Source: the human T2T-CHM13v2.0 reference genome, Homo sapiens. From it: a DNA stretch of 64,000 bases. The translations under genes were made by a program, and so were the position numbers. The notes under the pieces are model-generated. The model did not search any database, was not told where the DNA came from, and worked only from the letters and a program-made list of their open reading frames with translations. Below are positions 1 through 13,451 of this stretch, one piece after another (the first letter of the stretch is position 1; every line of letters begins with the position of its first letter). The stretch lies in NCBI RefSeq assembly GCF_009914755.1, contig NC_060932.1, one strand, 5' to 3'.

Positions 1-825
1 GTAGTTTTCTAATAGCTTTCACCATGATCAAAAGTTTTAAATTATTTAAAATTAAGTGGGTAAGGCATACTTGCTTTGCCAGTTTCTGAAATTTATGTTT
101 CCATTTTTTTGGTTGGATTAAAAATAGGCAAATTATAGGGTAAAGGTGAAAAGCTTCACTTTTGACTTCAAATCAGCTAATTAATTTAAATGAATGACCA
201 TGAAGCTCTCTTTGGCCTATTAATGAGTTAACGGTCAGTGCATTTGTGACATTGAAACAAGAAGGCTCTATTGCAGATTTCAGTTGACTGGTAACCATGT
301 ACATATTCTAAGAAACTATTTTTTAGATCTTTAAAATTTTAAATGATTCCTCCTGCTGGTACAGTCTCTTCACACTTCATCACATTTCTAAATAAGCAAT
401 CATATAACAAGTGAAGATTTCATGTCCTGAAGGCATTATACCAATACTTACCAAATGCTTCTATTTAAAATACAAAGCAGTTTTATTCACACTTCCCATT
501 TTTGAATCCACTAAGGCCATTTTGGGAGAGGAGAAACTAGATGCCTGCTGTTCAGTTTTTGTTTTCTACAACTTTTCTTTACTGAGAGCTTGCACGTTTC
601 TTGTTAAGTTTCCAAAGCATATTTAATATACATTAGAATCTGAGTAAATATGGCACATTCTGTAAATGGACGCTGCGGAAAATTGCTGCTTTCAGATGGA
701 AGAGAACACCATGGCAACTGCTGTGCTTCTGAGTAGGAAGCTCTACTTGACCAACGTGGATGTGGATTAGGAATGGAAAATATCGAACAACACAACATAT
801 TCTTTGAAAGTTAATGGCTTTATTC

Positions 826-1053
826 CTGAGTTTCTGAACCTCGACACTATTAACTTATTGGGCTGGATAATTCTTGTGGTAGGGGCTGTCCTTTGCATTG
901 TAGGATGTTTAGCAGCTTCTCCAGCCTCCACCCACTAGATGCCAGTAGCAGCTCCCCCTACCCCCGACCCAGGTCATTACAAATAAAAAACGTCTCCCAG
1001 ACATTGCCAGACATCTCCTAGGAGACAAGATCATCCTCAATTAAGAACCACTG
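826..1053 (-). mobile_element. MER20 hAT-Charlie DNA transposon fossil
   Basis: Reverse complement of recalled MER20 consensus blocks: GGCTGTCC..GCATTGTAGGATGTTTAGCAGC, CCCACTAGATGCCAGTAGCA, CAGACATTGCCA, ending AGAACCACTG. Confidence 0.85.
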
Positions 1054-1333
1054 CTCATGCCTGTAATCCCAGAACTTTGACAGGCCAAGGCGGGAGGATC
1101 ACTTGAGGTCAGGAGTTTGAGACCAACCTGGCTAACATGGTGAAACCCTGTCTCTACTAATAATACAAAAATTAGCCAGGCATGGTGATGCATGCCTGTA
1201 ATCCTTGCTATTTGGGAGACCAAGGCTTGATCACTTGCATGCTAGTGGTGGGGGTTGGCAGAGGTTGCAGTGAATGGAAATCACACCATTGCACGCCAGC
1301 CTAGGCAACAGAGACTCCATTTCAGAAAAAAAA
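1053..1333 (+). mobile_element. Alu (J/S, diverged, slightly 5'-truncated)
   Basis: GCTCATGCCTGTAATCCCAG...GAGGTCAGGAGTTTGAGACC...short A tail. Confidence 0.95.
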
Positions 1334-1639
1334 GAGATCTGGAAAATATATATTTAAAATTATAGTAAGAGCTTTAATCTCAGAGTACAAATGTATTAAT
1401 AATAAACTATACTACATTTATTTTTTAAAAGAACTTATAGCCTTAGGAAAATGTATTACATTCATATGAGATTCTCTTGTATCCCACCTTCTCCATCTTA
1501 ATGATCTTGTTTTAGCTTATCCTCTAATTTAAATATCCCATCTGATTTTTACATGGAATTGGCATACCACAATAAAATGCCAACTTTCATACAAAATTAA
1601 TTATTACATACAACAGAGTGAAAAGATGTAGCAGCTTGA

Positions 1640-1990
<351 letters not shown>

Positions 1991-2194
1991 CCTACTAAAA
2001 TTATTTTTATAATGACTGTACTCCCTAGAAATAAACAAGAATATTAAAACACCATTGCCATCAATTTGGTATTTTTCAGTAGTGCCACAAAAAAAAAAAG
2101 ACGCAGTAATTTGTGTTTTAAATAGTATCTAAAACCTCTCCTACCACATAAAATACTGTGCATAAATAAAATGCTTCAAAGCAAATTTTACATT

Positions 2195-2352
2195 TCTTGT
2201 TTTTTATTGTTCTGTTGTTGGTGGTTGTTTGAGACAGAGTCTTGCTCTGTTGCCCAGAGTGCAGTGGCACGATCACAGTTCATTTCAGCCTTGACCTCCT
2301 GGTCTCAAGCAATCCTCCCACCTCAGCATCCCAAAGTGTTGGGATTACAGGC
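2195..2352 (-). mobile_element. Alu monomer/fragment (FLAM or AluJ-like)
   Basis: TTTGAGACAGAGTCTTGCTCTGTTGCCCAG...CCCAAAGTGTTGGGATTACAGGC, single-arm length. Confidence 0.85.
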
Positions 2353-2699
2353 TTTTTTGTTGTTGTTGTTTATGTGTTTTGTTTTTTAAAACCAGACCAG
2401 ATTTTAAAAACCTTAGCCCAGCCTATTCATTGTCATGTGAAAAATTTGAACAGTTTAAGTAGAAGCATATTCCATATTTTAAAGCTTATTAGCTTATTTT
2501 AAAATGACAGAAGTCAAGTTCATTCTGTATGTTTTACTGCTTCCTGGGCAACTCTTAGTGAGAGCTGGCGTGACACCACCACAAAGCTTGTAATTACAGG
2601 AGGCTAATGGACTTTTTGGCAAAAAAGTAGAGTCTTGTCATATTTTCCTTTAAATTAAGCAAACACAAGTCACAAGTATTCAAGTTTAGAATAAGGGAA

Positions 2700-2743
2700 T
2701 AAGGGAGGGAGGGGGGAAGGAAGAAGAGGCAGAGGGGGAGAGG

Positions 2744-2787
<44 letters not shown>
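2700..2787. repeat. Purine-rich tract ending in (GA)n microsatellite
   Basis: GGGAGGGAGGGGGGAAGG... followed by an uninterrupted GA dinucleotide run. Confidence 0.95.
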
Positions 2788-2790
<3 letters not shown>

Positions 2791-3644
2791 TTAATAGCGT
2801 AGGCATTTCCAGTTAAGGCCTGAGATTTAAAGTGAAATGCGAGGTGTAGATTTGCTGTCTCCTTGGTTCTCACATCTTACTGAACCATTTTGTTGCTAGT
2901 GTTTTAAGATCCAACTATTTTTACATTAAGATTCTAATTATACACCAACAACTTCATCTGGTATTTTAAAAAAATTGACCTGTTCTGATGCTAGAAGGAA
3001 ACTGGCTAGGTAACTTAGTAGGCAATTTAAAATATTTCAAAGGTAATTTAACTATATTACTATGACTTGCTTTCCTTAAAACCTAAACCAACACGTAATA
3101 TGATTCTTCCACCTTTGTCTGTCTGTATGTATGTGTGCTATGGAGAGTAGGGGGTAAGGAATGATTTTGAGGGGATGTCACCACACAATTTTCCAACAAG
3201 AAAAATGAAACCTGAAAACATATTATTCATGGTATTACTAAAAATAGCAAAATAGTATCCTGCTATTTCAGATCGTTGCTGTCAAAGATAAACACATTTC
3301 AGAGCATCTGAGGGTGAACACTGGATGGCAAATGTTTTATTTTCAAACTTGACAGTCCTTCAAACGAGTCTCAGTGAAAAAGATTGGGCTAGTAATTCAA
3401 GCTTAATAACTTATAACTTAAAATTCCTCTTAATTTGTATGATGAATATTTTATGAAAATTAGTGAACACAAGTATTTAATTCAATCATGTTAAATTTTA
3501 CATACAAATAGATTGAAATTCATTCACATGTCAAATTTTTAAGTGCCTATGAAAGGGGAGACATTGAAAGCAGCAAAAATTTTACTAGACTGAAAATTTA
3601 GGTTTATTTCTCTGACACTGAATTACTTTAAAAAGCAACTGATC

Positions 3645-3961
<317 letters not shown>

Positions 3962-4562
3962 CTATGAGTTTGAAGATATTTGTTGTCTCTGTCACAAATA
4001 CTTGTAAAATCTGACTGAATAGATTACATGTATGAGGTATTATAATATAAAACATATCAACGTGTTGAAGTTTAGCTGGTAAAGCATCTTTTTGTCATTT
4101 CTGATTTAGTCCTATGTCAGGTTTGGTTCAAACACTATATGTTTTAATATCTGGAGTGCAAGTAAGAAAAATGTAAATTCACTTATACCAATTAAATGCT
4201 TCTTTGGGTTGATTCTTTCCTTTCCCCACGTCTCTTCTCCAACTTGTCCAAGGAAAATGTGATGCAGCCAGAGGCTACTATTTCATAATAGAGAAGAATG
4301 TGTTCATTGATTTTATAATTCCCATACAATGAACATTTATTTGTGAGTTTAAATAAATGTTTATTCCTTGATTACAATTGTCTTTGTTCAAGCGATATTG
4401 ACATAACCTGGATCCTAGCTACCTATGTAAAATAAAAAATCCATACATGTGTGAGCAATCGAGGCACTTTAATCTTTCAAAAACTGATGAATGCTCATCA
4501 TAGTCACATTTATTTTCAGTATAAATGTAGAGGTTTTAGCAGGCTTAGGTCAAACAAAAAAG

Positions 4563-4750
4563 GTCAGTAATGGTAACAGAATTATGAGCAGAACTCTAAT
4601 AAATTCATTTTCATGATGTAGAAATTAACTTCTGTTTTATTATTCTGTTATTAGCTGTCAGTAATGGTAACAGAATTATGAGCAGAACTCTAATAAATTC
4701 ATTTTCATGATGTAGAAATTAGCTTCTGTTTTATTATTCTGTTATTAGCT
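4563..4750. repeat. Direct tandem duplication, 2 x 94 bp
   Basis: 4563-4656 and 4657-4750 are identical except AATTAACTTC versus AATTAGCTTC. Confidence 0.97.
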
Positions 4751-4824
4751 GTTTCCAACACATATATGTATGCATCCACATACCAAGCTGAATACTAAGC
4801 AGTTTAAATTCTACTTTAAAACTT

Positions 4825-4961
4825 TTTTTAAATTTTTTTTTATTATTATACTTTTAAGTTCTAGGGTACCTGTGCACAACGTGCAGTTTTGTTACATATG
4901 TATACATGCGCCATGTTGGTGTGCTGCACCCATTAACTCATCATTTACATTAGGTATATCT
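4825..4961 (-). mobile_element. Young L1PA extreme 3' end fragment
   Basis: TTTTTATTATTATACTTTTAAGTTCTAGGGTAC.TGTGCACAACGTGCAG...CATTAGGTATATCT, the reverse complement of the L1PA 3' terminus. Confidence 0.92.
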
Positions 4962-6484
4962 AAAAAAAAATAAAAAAATAAAAAATAAAATTTTAACAAT
5001 TAGACTTTTCTTATTTATAAAAAAGTTTAGAAAAATAAATTTTTAATACTATTACCTTATATATTTTAGTTTTACAAATAATTTTCATGTATACTAGCTC
5101 ATTGAATTTCTAAATACCTCCTGACCTTTACTGTGACGTTTTTCCTATAGGACTATTTTGATAAGGCTATTGTGTAATAATTTATGTTTTTGTGAATACT
5201 ACTGAATGAAGATATAAATGGTCATTCACTTCTATAATTTATCTTTCATTATTGTTTAAACATAAGATCTTTAAATAAAATTTTAAATTAAAGAGGATTT
5301 GCTTTATTTCTGCCAGCATATCAGTTTTTACCAAACAATCCTGATTCCTTCCTTTCTTTTCTTCCCTCTCCATCTCCCTTCATTTCTTCCATTTATAATA
5401 GAATTCTAGGAGTATAATTTAATTGTTTTCTCTAAAGAAACAAGAGGGAAGGAGGGAGGGAGGGAGAGGTAGAAATAGAGTTAGAATGGAAGAGAGAGAG
5501 AGACTTTGCTTTATGTGGACATCAAAGGGAACCTTAATATAGAATTTTTCCTGTTTGTGCTAAACAGATAAAAAATTGGTTCTTTTTAAAAGACAGAGTC
5601 AACAGCTCTCAAATTATGTATCTTCTAGATGAAGTTACTTGTTTTTTCTAATTTATAGCATAGTAATTGGGTATGAAAATGCTGATTTCAAATGTGTAAT
5701 GTTGGTTCCCTACCCCCATAATAATTCTTTCAGAAAGAATGAATTCAAATTTCCATGCAAAAAAAATATTTATGTCAAAATCATTAAATTCAAGACAAAT
5801 CTTATTTCAGCATTTCCAGTTTTTTTTTCTTACTATAGGTGTGGCATAGTGTTTTCTTAAAAAGAGAGGAAGGCTATTTGAGTGCATATTTCATAAGCTT
5901 CTTATTCATTATTCATGCCATTAGAGATAGAAGGAGTATACACACATGGGGCATTTTCTCAGATGTGTCCTCTGAGAAGTACACTCAGCCTAAACCTCAA
6001 AGAGCCTTTTTCAGTGGGGGCTGGAGGGAAGCTCATTGAGGATGGCAGATGGCCCTCCTCAGATATATTCCTATAGTAATGCTCTTGTGGGTTCTAAGTT
6101 CCACTGCAATTTAATTTTTGGCCACATGAATTAGGCCAACAGCACCTTACCCTAAAATACTTTGAGCGATTAAAGCATTTGAAATGTTTCAAACTAGTTT
6201 TGTTCAATGTGTTTCAGAAATATTATTTTCTGAAATATGAAAATAAGCCAATCTCTAATTCAATTTTGGTAGGGTTCATATCATTTATTTAAATTGGATT
6301 TAGGCTTCTTGCAAGAAGGTACAACTGATTTAGGCCTATGACTTAATATGCACAAAAGATGCTATGGGTACTTTATAAATATTTAGTTATAAAAATGAGG
6401 ATGGCATGTTTCTCTCTACTTGAATTAAAAATGAGTTATTAGTGTAAACCTTTTTGAAAAACTCATTTATGAAGTCAAAATGAA

Positions 6485-6785
<301 letters not shown>

Positions 6786-7180
6786 AAAATACATTATGTA
6801 ATTTAAAAGCTGGGGGTGGCTGGCAAGATGACGGAATAGGAACAGCTCCGGTCTGCAGCTCCCAGCGAGATCAACACAGAAGGTGGGTGATTTCTGCATT
6901 TCCAACTGAGGTACCCAGCTCATCTCATTGGGGCTGGTTAGACAGTGGGTGCAGCCCACAGAGGGCAAGCTAAAGCAAGGTGGAGCATTGCCTCACCTGG
7001 GAAGCGCAATGGGTTGGGGAACTCCCTGCCCTAGCTAAGGGAAGCTGTGAGGGACTGTGCCATAAGGAATGGTGCATTGAGGCCCAGATACTATGCTTTT
7101 CCCATGGTCTTCACAACCCACAGACCAGGAGATTCCCTTGGAAGCCTACACCACCAGGGCTTTAGGTTTCAAGCACAAAA

Positions 7181-7447
7181 CTAGATGGCTGTTTGGGGAG
7201 ACAGCGAGCTAGCTGAAGGAGTCATTTTTTCAAACCCAGTGGCTCCTGGAATGCCAGCGAGACAGAACCGTTCCCTCCCCTGGAAAGGGGGCTGAAGCCA
7301 GGGACCCAAGTGGTCTAGCTCAGCAGATCCCACCGCCACAGAGCCCAGCAAGCTAAGATCCACTGGCTTTAAATTCTCGCTGCCAGCACAGCAGTCTGAA
7401 GTCAACCTAGGATGCTGGAGCTTGGTGGGGGGAGGGGCATCTGCCAT
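7181..7447 (-). CDS. L1 ORF0-like antisense ORF (88 aa) in the L1 5'UTR; expression unknown
   Basis: MADAPPPTKLQHPRLTSDCCAGS... resembles L1HS ORF0p (MAGAPPPASLPPCSLISDCCAS...); ATG context GTAATGG has -3 G and +4 G. Confidence 0.5.
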   Translation of the reverse strand: MADAPPPTKLQHPRLTSDCCAGSENLKPVDLSLLGSVAVGSAELDHLGPWLQPPFQGRERFCLAGIPGATGFEKMTPSASSLSPQTAI

Positions 7448-8155
7448 TACTGAGGCTTGAGTAGGTGATTTTCCCCACACAGTGTAAACAAAGCCACTGG
7501 GAAGTTTGGACTGGGTGGAGCCCACCACAGCACCACAAAGCTGTTGTAGCCAGACTGCCTCTTTGGGTTCCTCCTCTCTGGACAGGGCATCTCTGAAAGA
7601 AAAGCAGCAGCCCCACTCAGGGGCTTATATATAAAATGCCCAACTCTCTCGGACAGAGCACCTGGGGGAAGGGGCGGCTGTGGACACAGCTTCAGCAGAC
7701 TTAAACGTTCCTGCCTGCTGGCTCTGAAGAGAGCAATGGATCTCCCAGCACAGCACTCGAGCTCTGCTAAGGGACAGACTGCCTCCTCAAGTGAGTTCCT
7801 GACCCCCGTGCCTCCTGACTGGGAGACACCTCCCAGCAAGTGTGAACAGACACCTCATACAGGTGAGCTCCGGCTGGCATTTGGCGGGTGCCCCTCTGGG
7901 ATGAAGCTCCCAGGGGAAGGAACAGGCAGCAATCTTTGCTGTTCTGCAGCCTCTGCTGGTGATACCCAGGCAAACAGAGTCTGGAGTGGACCTCCAGCCA
8001 ACTCCGGCAGACCTGCAACAGAGGGGCCTGACTGTTAGAAGGAAAACTAACAAGCAGAAAGAAATAGCATCAACATCAACATAAAGAACATCCACACAAA
8101 AACACCATACAAGAATCACCAGCATCAAAGACCAAAGGTAGATAAATCTACCAAG

Positions 8156-9200
8156 ATGAGGAAAAAGTGCAAAAAGGCTGAAAATTCCAAAAACCAGATT
8201 GCCTTTTCTTCTCCAAAGGATCACAACTCCTCGCCAGCAAGGGAACAAAACCGAACAGGGAATATATTTGACGAATTGACAGAAATAGGCTTCAGAAGGT
8301 GGGTAATGAGAAACTCCTCCGAGCTAAAGGAGCATGTTCTAACCCAATGCAAGGAAGCTAAGAACCTTGAAAAAACGTTAGAGGAATTGCTAACTAGAAT
8401 AACCAGTTTAGAGAAGAACATGAAAGACCTGATGGAGCTGAAAAACACATCACAAGAACTTTGTGAAGCATACACAAGTATCAATAGCCAAATTGATATA
8501 GCAGAAGATATATCAGAGATTGAAGATCAACTTAATGAAATAAAGCATGAAGACAAGATTAGAGAAAAAAGAATGAAAAGGAACAAACAAAGCCTCCAAG
8601 AAATATGGGACTATGTGAAAAGATCAAACCTACTTTTGATTGGTGTACCTGAAACTGATGGGGATAATGGAACCAAGTTGGAAAACACTCTTCAGGATAT
8701 TATCCAGGAGAACTTCCCCAACCTAGCAAGACAGGCAAACATTCAAATTCAGGAAATACAGAGAACACCACAAAGATACTCCTCGAGAAGAGCAACCCCA
8801 AGACACATAATCATCAGATTCACCAAGGTTGAAATGAAAAAAAAAAAAAAATTTTAAGGGCAGCCCAAGAGAAAGGTCAGGTTACTCACAAAGGGAAGCC
8901 CATCAGACTAACAGCGGATCTCTCTGCAGAAACCCTACAAGCCAGAAGAGAGTGGGGGCCAATATTCAACATTCTTAAAGAAACGATTTTTCAACCCAGA
9001 ATTTCATATCCAGCCAAACTAAGCTTCATAAGCAAAGGAGAAATAAAATCCTTTACAGACAAGCAAATGCTGAGATTTTGTCACCACCAGTCCTGCCTTA
9101 CAAGAGCTCCTGAAGGAAGCACTAAATATGGAAAGGAAAAACCAGTACCAGCCACTATAAAAACATACCAAATTGTAAAGAACATTGACACTGTGAAGAA
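8156..9200 (+). pseudogene. L1 ORF1p remnant (frameshift at the A-run ~8837-8851)
   Basis: 233-aa ORF with EIWDYVKR, IIQENFPNLARQANIQIQEIQRTPQRYSSRRATPRHIIIRF; C-terminal ORF1 sequence continues out of frame. Confidence 0.92.
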
Positions 9201-9223
9201 ACTGCATCAACTAATGAGCAAAA

Positions 9224-11068
9224 TAAAGCAAGTTCTTAGAGACCTACAAAAGGACTTAGACTCCCACACAATAATAGTGGGAGACTTTAACACTCCACTC
9301 TCAATATTATAGAGATCAACAAGACACAAAATTAACACGGATATTCAGGACTTGAACTCAGCTCTGGACCAAGCAGACATAATAGACATCTACAGAACTC
9401 TCTACACCAAGTCAACGGAATATACATTCTTCTCAGCACCATATCACACTTATTCTAAAATAGACCATGTAATTGGAAGTAAAACACTCCTCAGCAAATG
9501 CAAAATAACTGAAATCATAACAGTCTCTCAGACCACAGTGCAATCAAATTAGACCTCAGGATTAAGAAACTCACTAAAAACTGCACAACTACATGGAAAC
9601 TGAACAACCTGCTCCTGAATGACCACTGGGTAAATAACGAAATTAAGGCAGAAATAAATAAGTTATTTGAAACCAACGAGAACAAAGACACAATGTATCA
9701 GAATCTCTGGGACATAGCTAAAGCAGTGTGTAGAGGGAAATTTGTAGCACTAAATGCCCACAGGAGAAAGCAGGACAGATCTAAAATTGACACCCTAACA
9801 TCACAATGAAAAGAACTAGAGGAGCAAGAGCAAACAAATTCAAAAGCTAGCAGAAGACAAGAAATAACTAAGATCAGAGCAGAACCGAAGTAGATAGAGA
9901 CAAGAAAAGCCCTTCAAAAAATCAATGAATTCCGGAGCTGGTTTTTTGAAAAGATTAACAAAATAGATAGACTGCTAGCCAGACTAATAAAGAATAAAAG
10001 AGAGGAATCAAATAGACACAATAAAAAATGATAAAGGGGAGATCACCACTGATCCCACAGAATTACAGACTACCATCAGAGAATACTATAAACACCTCTA
10101 CACATATAAACTAGAAAATACAGAAGAAATGGATAAATTCCTGGACACATACACCCTCCCAAGACTAAGCCAGGAAGAATTTGAATCCTTGAATAGACCA
10201 ATAACAAGTTCTGAAATTGAGGCAGTAATTAATAGCCTAAAACAAACAAAAAAGCCCAGGACCAGAAGGATTCACAGCTGAATTCTACCAGAGGTACAAA
10301 GAGGAGCTGGTACTGTTCCTTCTGAAATCATTCCAAACAATAGAAAAACAGGGACTCCTCCCTAACTCATTTTATGAGGTCAGCATAATCCTGATACCAA
10401 AACCTGGCAGAGACACAACAAAAAAAGAAAATTTCAGGCCAATATCCCTGATGAACACTGATGCAAAAATCCTCAATAAAATACTGTCAAACCAAATCCA
10501 GCAGCACATTGAAAAGCTTATCCACCATGATCAAGTTGGTTTCATCCCTGGGATGCAAGGCTGGTTTAACATATGCAAATCAATAAACGTAATCCATCAC
10601 ATAAACAGAGCCAACGACAAAAACCACTTGATTATCTCAACAGATGCAGAAAAGGCCTTCGATAAAATTCAACACCCCTTCATGATAAAAACTCTCAATA
10701 AACTTGGTAGTGAGGGAACATATCTCAAAATAATAAGAGCTATTTATGACAAACCCACAGCCAATATACTGAATGGGGAAAAGCTGGAAGCATTTCGTTT
10801 GAAAACTAGCACAAGACAAGGATACCCTCCGTCATCACTCCTATTCAACATAGTGTTGGAAGTTATGGCTGGGGCAATCAGGCAAGAGAAAGAAATAAAG
10901 GGTATTCAAATAGGAAGAGAGGAAGTCAAATTGTCTCTGTTTGCAGGTGACTTGACTGTATATTTAGAAAACCCCATTGTCTCAGCCCAAAATCTCCTTA
11001 AGCTGATAAGCAACTTCCTCAAAGTCTTAGGATACAAAATCAATGTGCAAAAATCACAAGCATTCTTA
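9224..11068 (+). pseudogene. L1 ORF2p remnant (endonuclease C-terminal part to mid reverse transcriptase)
   Basis: KQVLRDLQKDLDSHTIIVGDFNTPLS; [15 protein letters not shown]; [14 protein letters not shown]; catalytic FADD changed to FAGD; multiple stops and frameshifts. Confidence 0.92.
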
Positions 11069-11619
11069 TCTCAGGAAAACACTGTCATTATCAAATTAAG
11101 TTATCATGTAGTTGGTTACCATTATTAGAAAGAATATAGCAAATGTAAGTCATTTGAAGGCTGCTGTGCATTTAATCAACTGTAGTCAAGCAACTTGGAA
11201 TCCAGGGTTTCATTATAAATCGCAGTTGCTTAACTCCAATTTCACAGTATAGCATCAGGTTTCTTGTATACAAATATAAATGATTGAGAATTCAACTGGA
11301 ATAGAAAAAGTATTAGAAATTTCTGGATTGAGATTCAGAGTCTGATGTCCAGAAGTTGTATGATTAAAAATGACTTAAATATTGTCTTCAGAAATTGAGC
11401 TATGGACATGGCACCCAAGAGGGAATGGGATTCTCTGCATAATGAAGAACATGTCACTTTGGTATTTATTGGATTGCTTTGGCAGTAGTCAGTTGTGATC
11501 AACATTTATGTTGGTTAAGATCTTGGAATATATGTTGTGGAAAAATCTCTCACTCGCTCTTTGTCTTTTTGTCTCTGAGTCTCCATTTCTCTCTCTTTTC
11601 TCTGTCTTTCAGGGTGTTC

Positions 11620-11642
11620 ATGTGTGTGTGTGTGTGTGTGTG
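11620..11642. repeat. (TG)n microsatellite
   Basis: Direct reading. Confidence 0.9.
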
Positions 11643-12199
11643 AAGGAAGATATAGGAAAAAAAGAGCTAGAAATCTGTAGTTGGTTTGTTGGATAGAGGC
11701 GAGTGTTATGCACATGGGTTAAGATTTGTGAGAGACCTTTAAAGAACTTGTGCCAATAAGTGACAATAGTCATTTACAAAACTGAAAAAAAATGTAAGAT
11801 ACTCTAAAAGTAATACATACAAGTTAACCCCTGGTACCTTTTCAATTAAAAAATATGAACACACACAAATAATTTGAAATGCATTCTGTGGTATATTTTC
11901 CAATGACCAAAATAAGGACATATTTTAGTTATTTCTTTTCTTTAACAATTAGACAAATTAATAAACTTCACATTTTCTGCATGACTTTTTAATGACTTTG
12001 AATTTCTTCAATTATTTGAAGTAAATTGCAAAAAAATACACCTCATGTTCCAGGCAAAGGTTTGAATTAATCCTCTTTGAAAAACAACAGATGAACCATC
12101 ATAATATATGGGAAATAATAGTTTTTCTCTACTCATTGCCTTAAGGTTAACTTGAGACACTTTAATGTTAAAATTAATAAGCTGAGGAAGGAAGGTGAA

Positions 12200-12300
12200 A
12201 ACTAACATATTAAATACCCACTGTATGTGAGGCACTGTGCTAGACTTTTATCATGCATTATATCTTCAATTCTTTCAGCAACCCTATAAATGCAGTATTC
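12200..12300 (-). mobile_element. MIR relic
   Basis: CACTGTATGTGAGGCACTGTGCTAG...CAGCAACCCTAT resembles the antisense MIR core. Confidence 0.55.
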
Positions 12301-12444
12301 TAGTCACTTTTTCTACCTGAGCAAACTGGCTGGAGTGAGTGTTTTCCAAACTTCAGACTAAGATGGGTCTCAGACACAGAAATGTGATAAACATTGCTGA
12401 ATAACTCAAACACAACTTTATTACATTTAGATATGGAAAAGTAA

Positions 12445-12823
<379 letters not shown>

Positions 12824-13020
12824 CCAGAGTTGACCTCAAGTATATTAGCATTTAGATGAAGCATCACATTTGCACCCCTATGAATTTTATGTCATGTCCC
12901 ATAACTTAAGATTGTTAGGTTAAGCTTGAGACTCCAGTTCTCACTTTGTCTTATAAGTAGATAATGTACTACTTGATATTGCTGTCTGGGGGTGGGGTGG
13001 AAGAGCAGTTTCAAATAACC

Positions 13021-13322
<302 letters not shown>

Positions 13323-13451
13323 TTCAAATAACTTTTAAAATCATGCAGGAAGACAATTCTTACTAAGGCAGAGGTTCTCAACCTTGATAAATCTTAGAAT
13401 TACAAGAAGACCTTTAAAAAATACTGATGCATGGAGCCCACCATGTGATTC

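Larger units (their letters stand above)
6812..11068 (+). mobile_element. L1PA (approx. L1PA7/8): 5'UTR, ORF1 and partial ORF2; 3'-truncated with an internal deletion
   Basis: Begins GGGGGTGGCTGGCAAGATG..GAATAGGAACAGCTCCGGTCTGCAGCTCCCAGCG; ORF1p and ORF2p homology in the ORF track; homology stops at ...CACAAGCATTCTTA with no 3'UTR or polyA. Confidence 0.95.

Noticed and set aside
4563-4750. CRISPR-like or known miRNA reading of the tandem repeat
   Set aside because: Two abutting copies without spacers in primate DNA; no miRNA sequence that I recognise.
8156-11128. 233-aa and 225-aa ORFs as functional genes or a novel reverse transcriptase system
   Set aside because: Ordinary L1 ORF1p/ORF2p remnants with frameshifts, a deletion and a mutated catalytic motif (FAGD).
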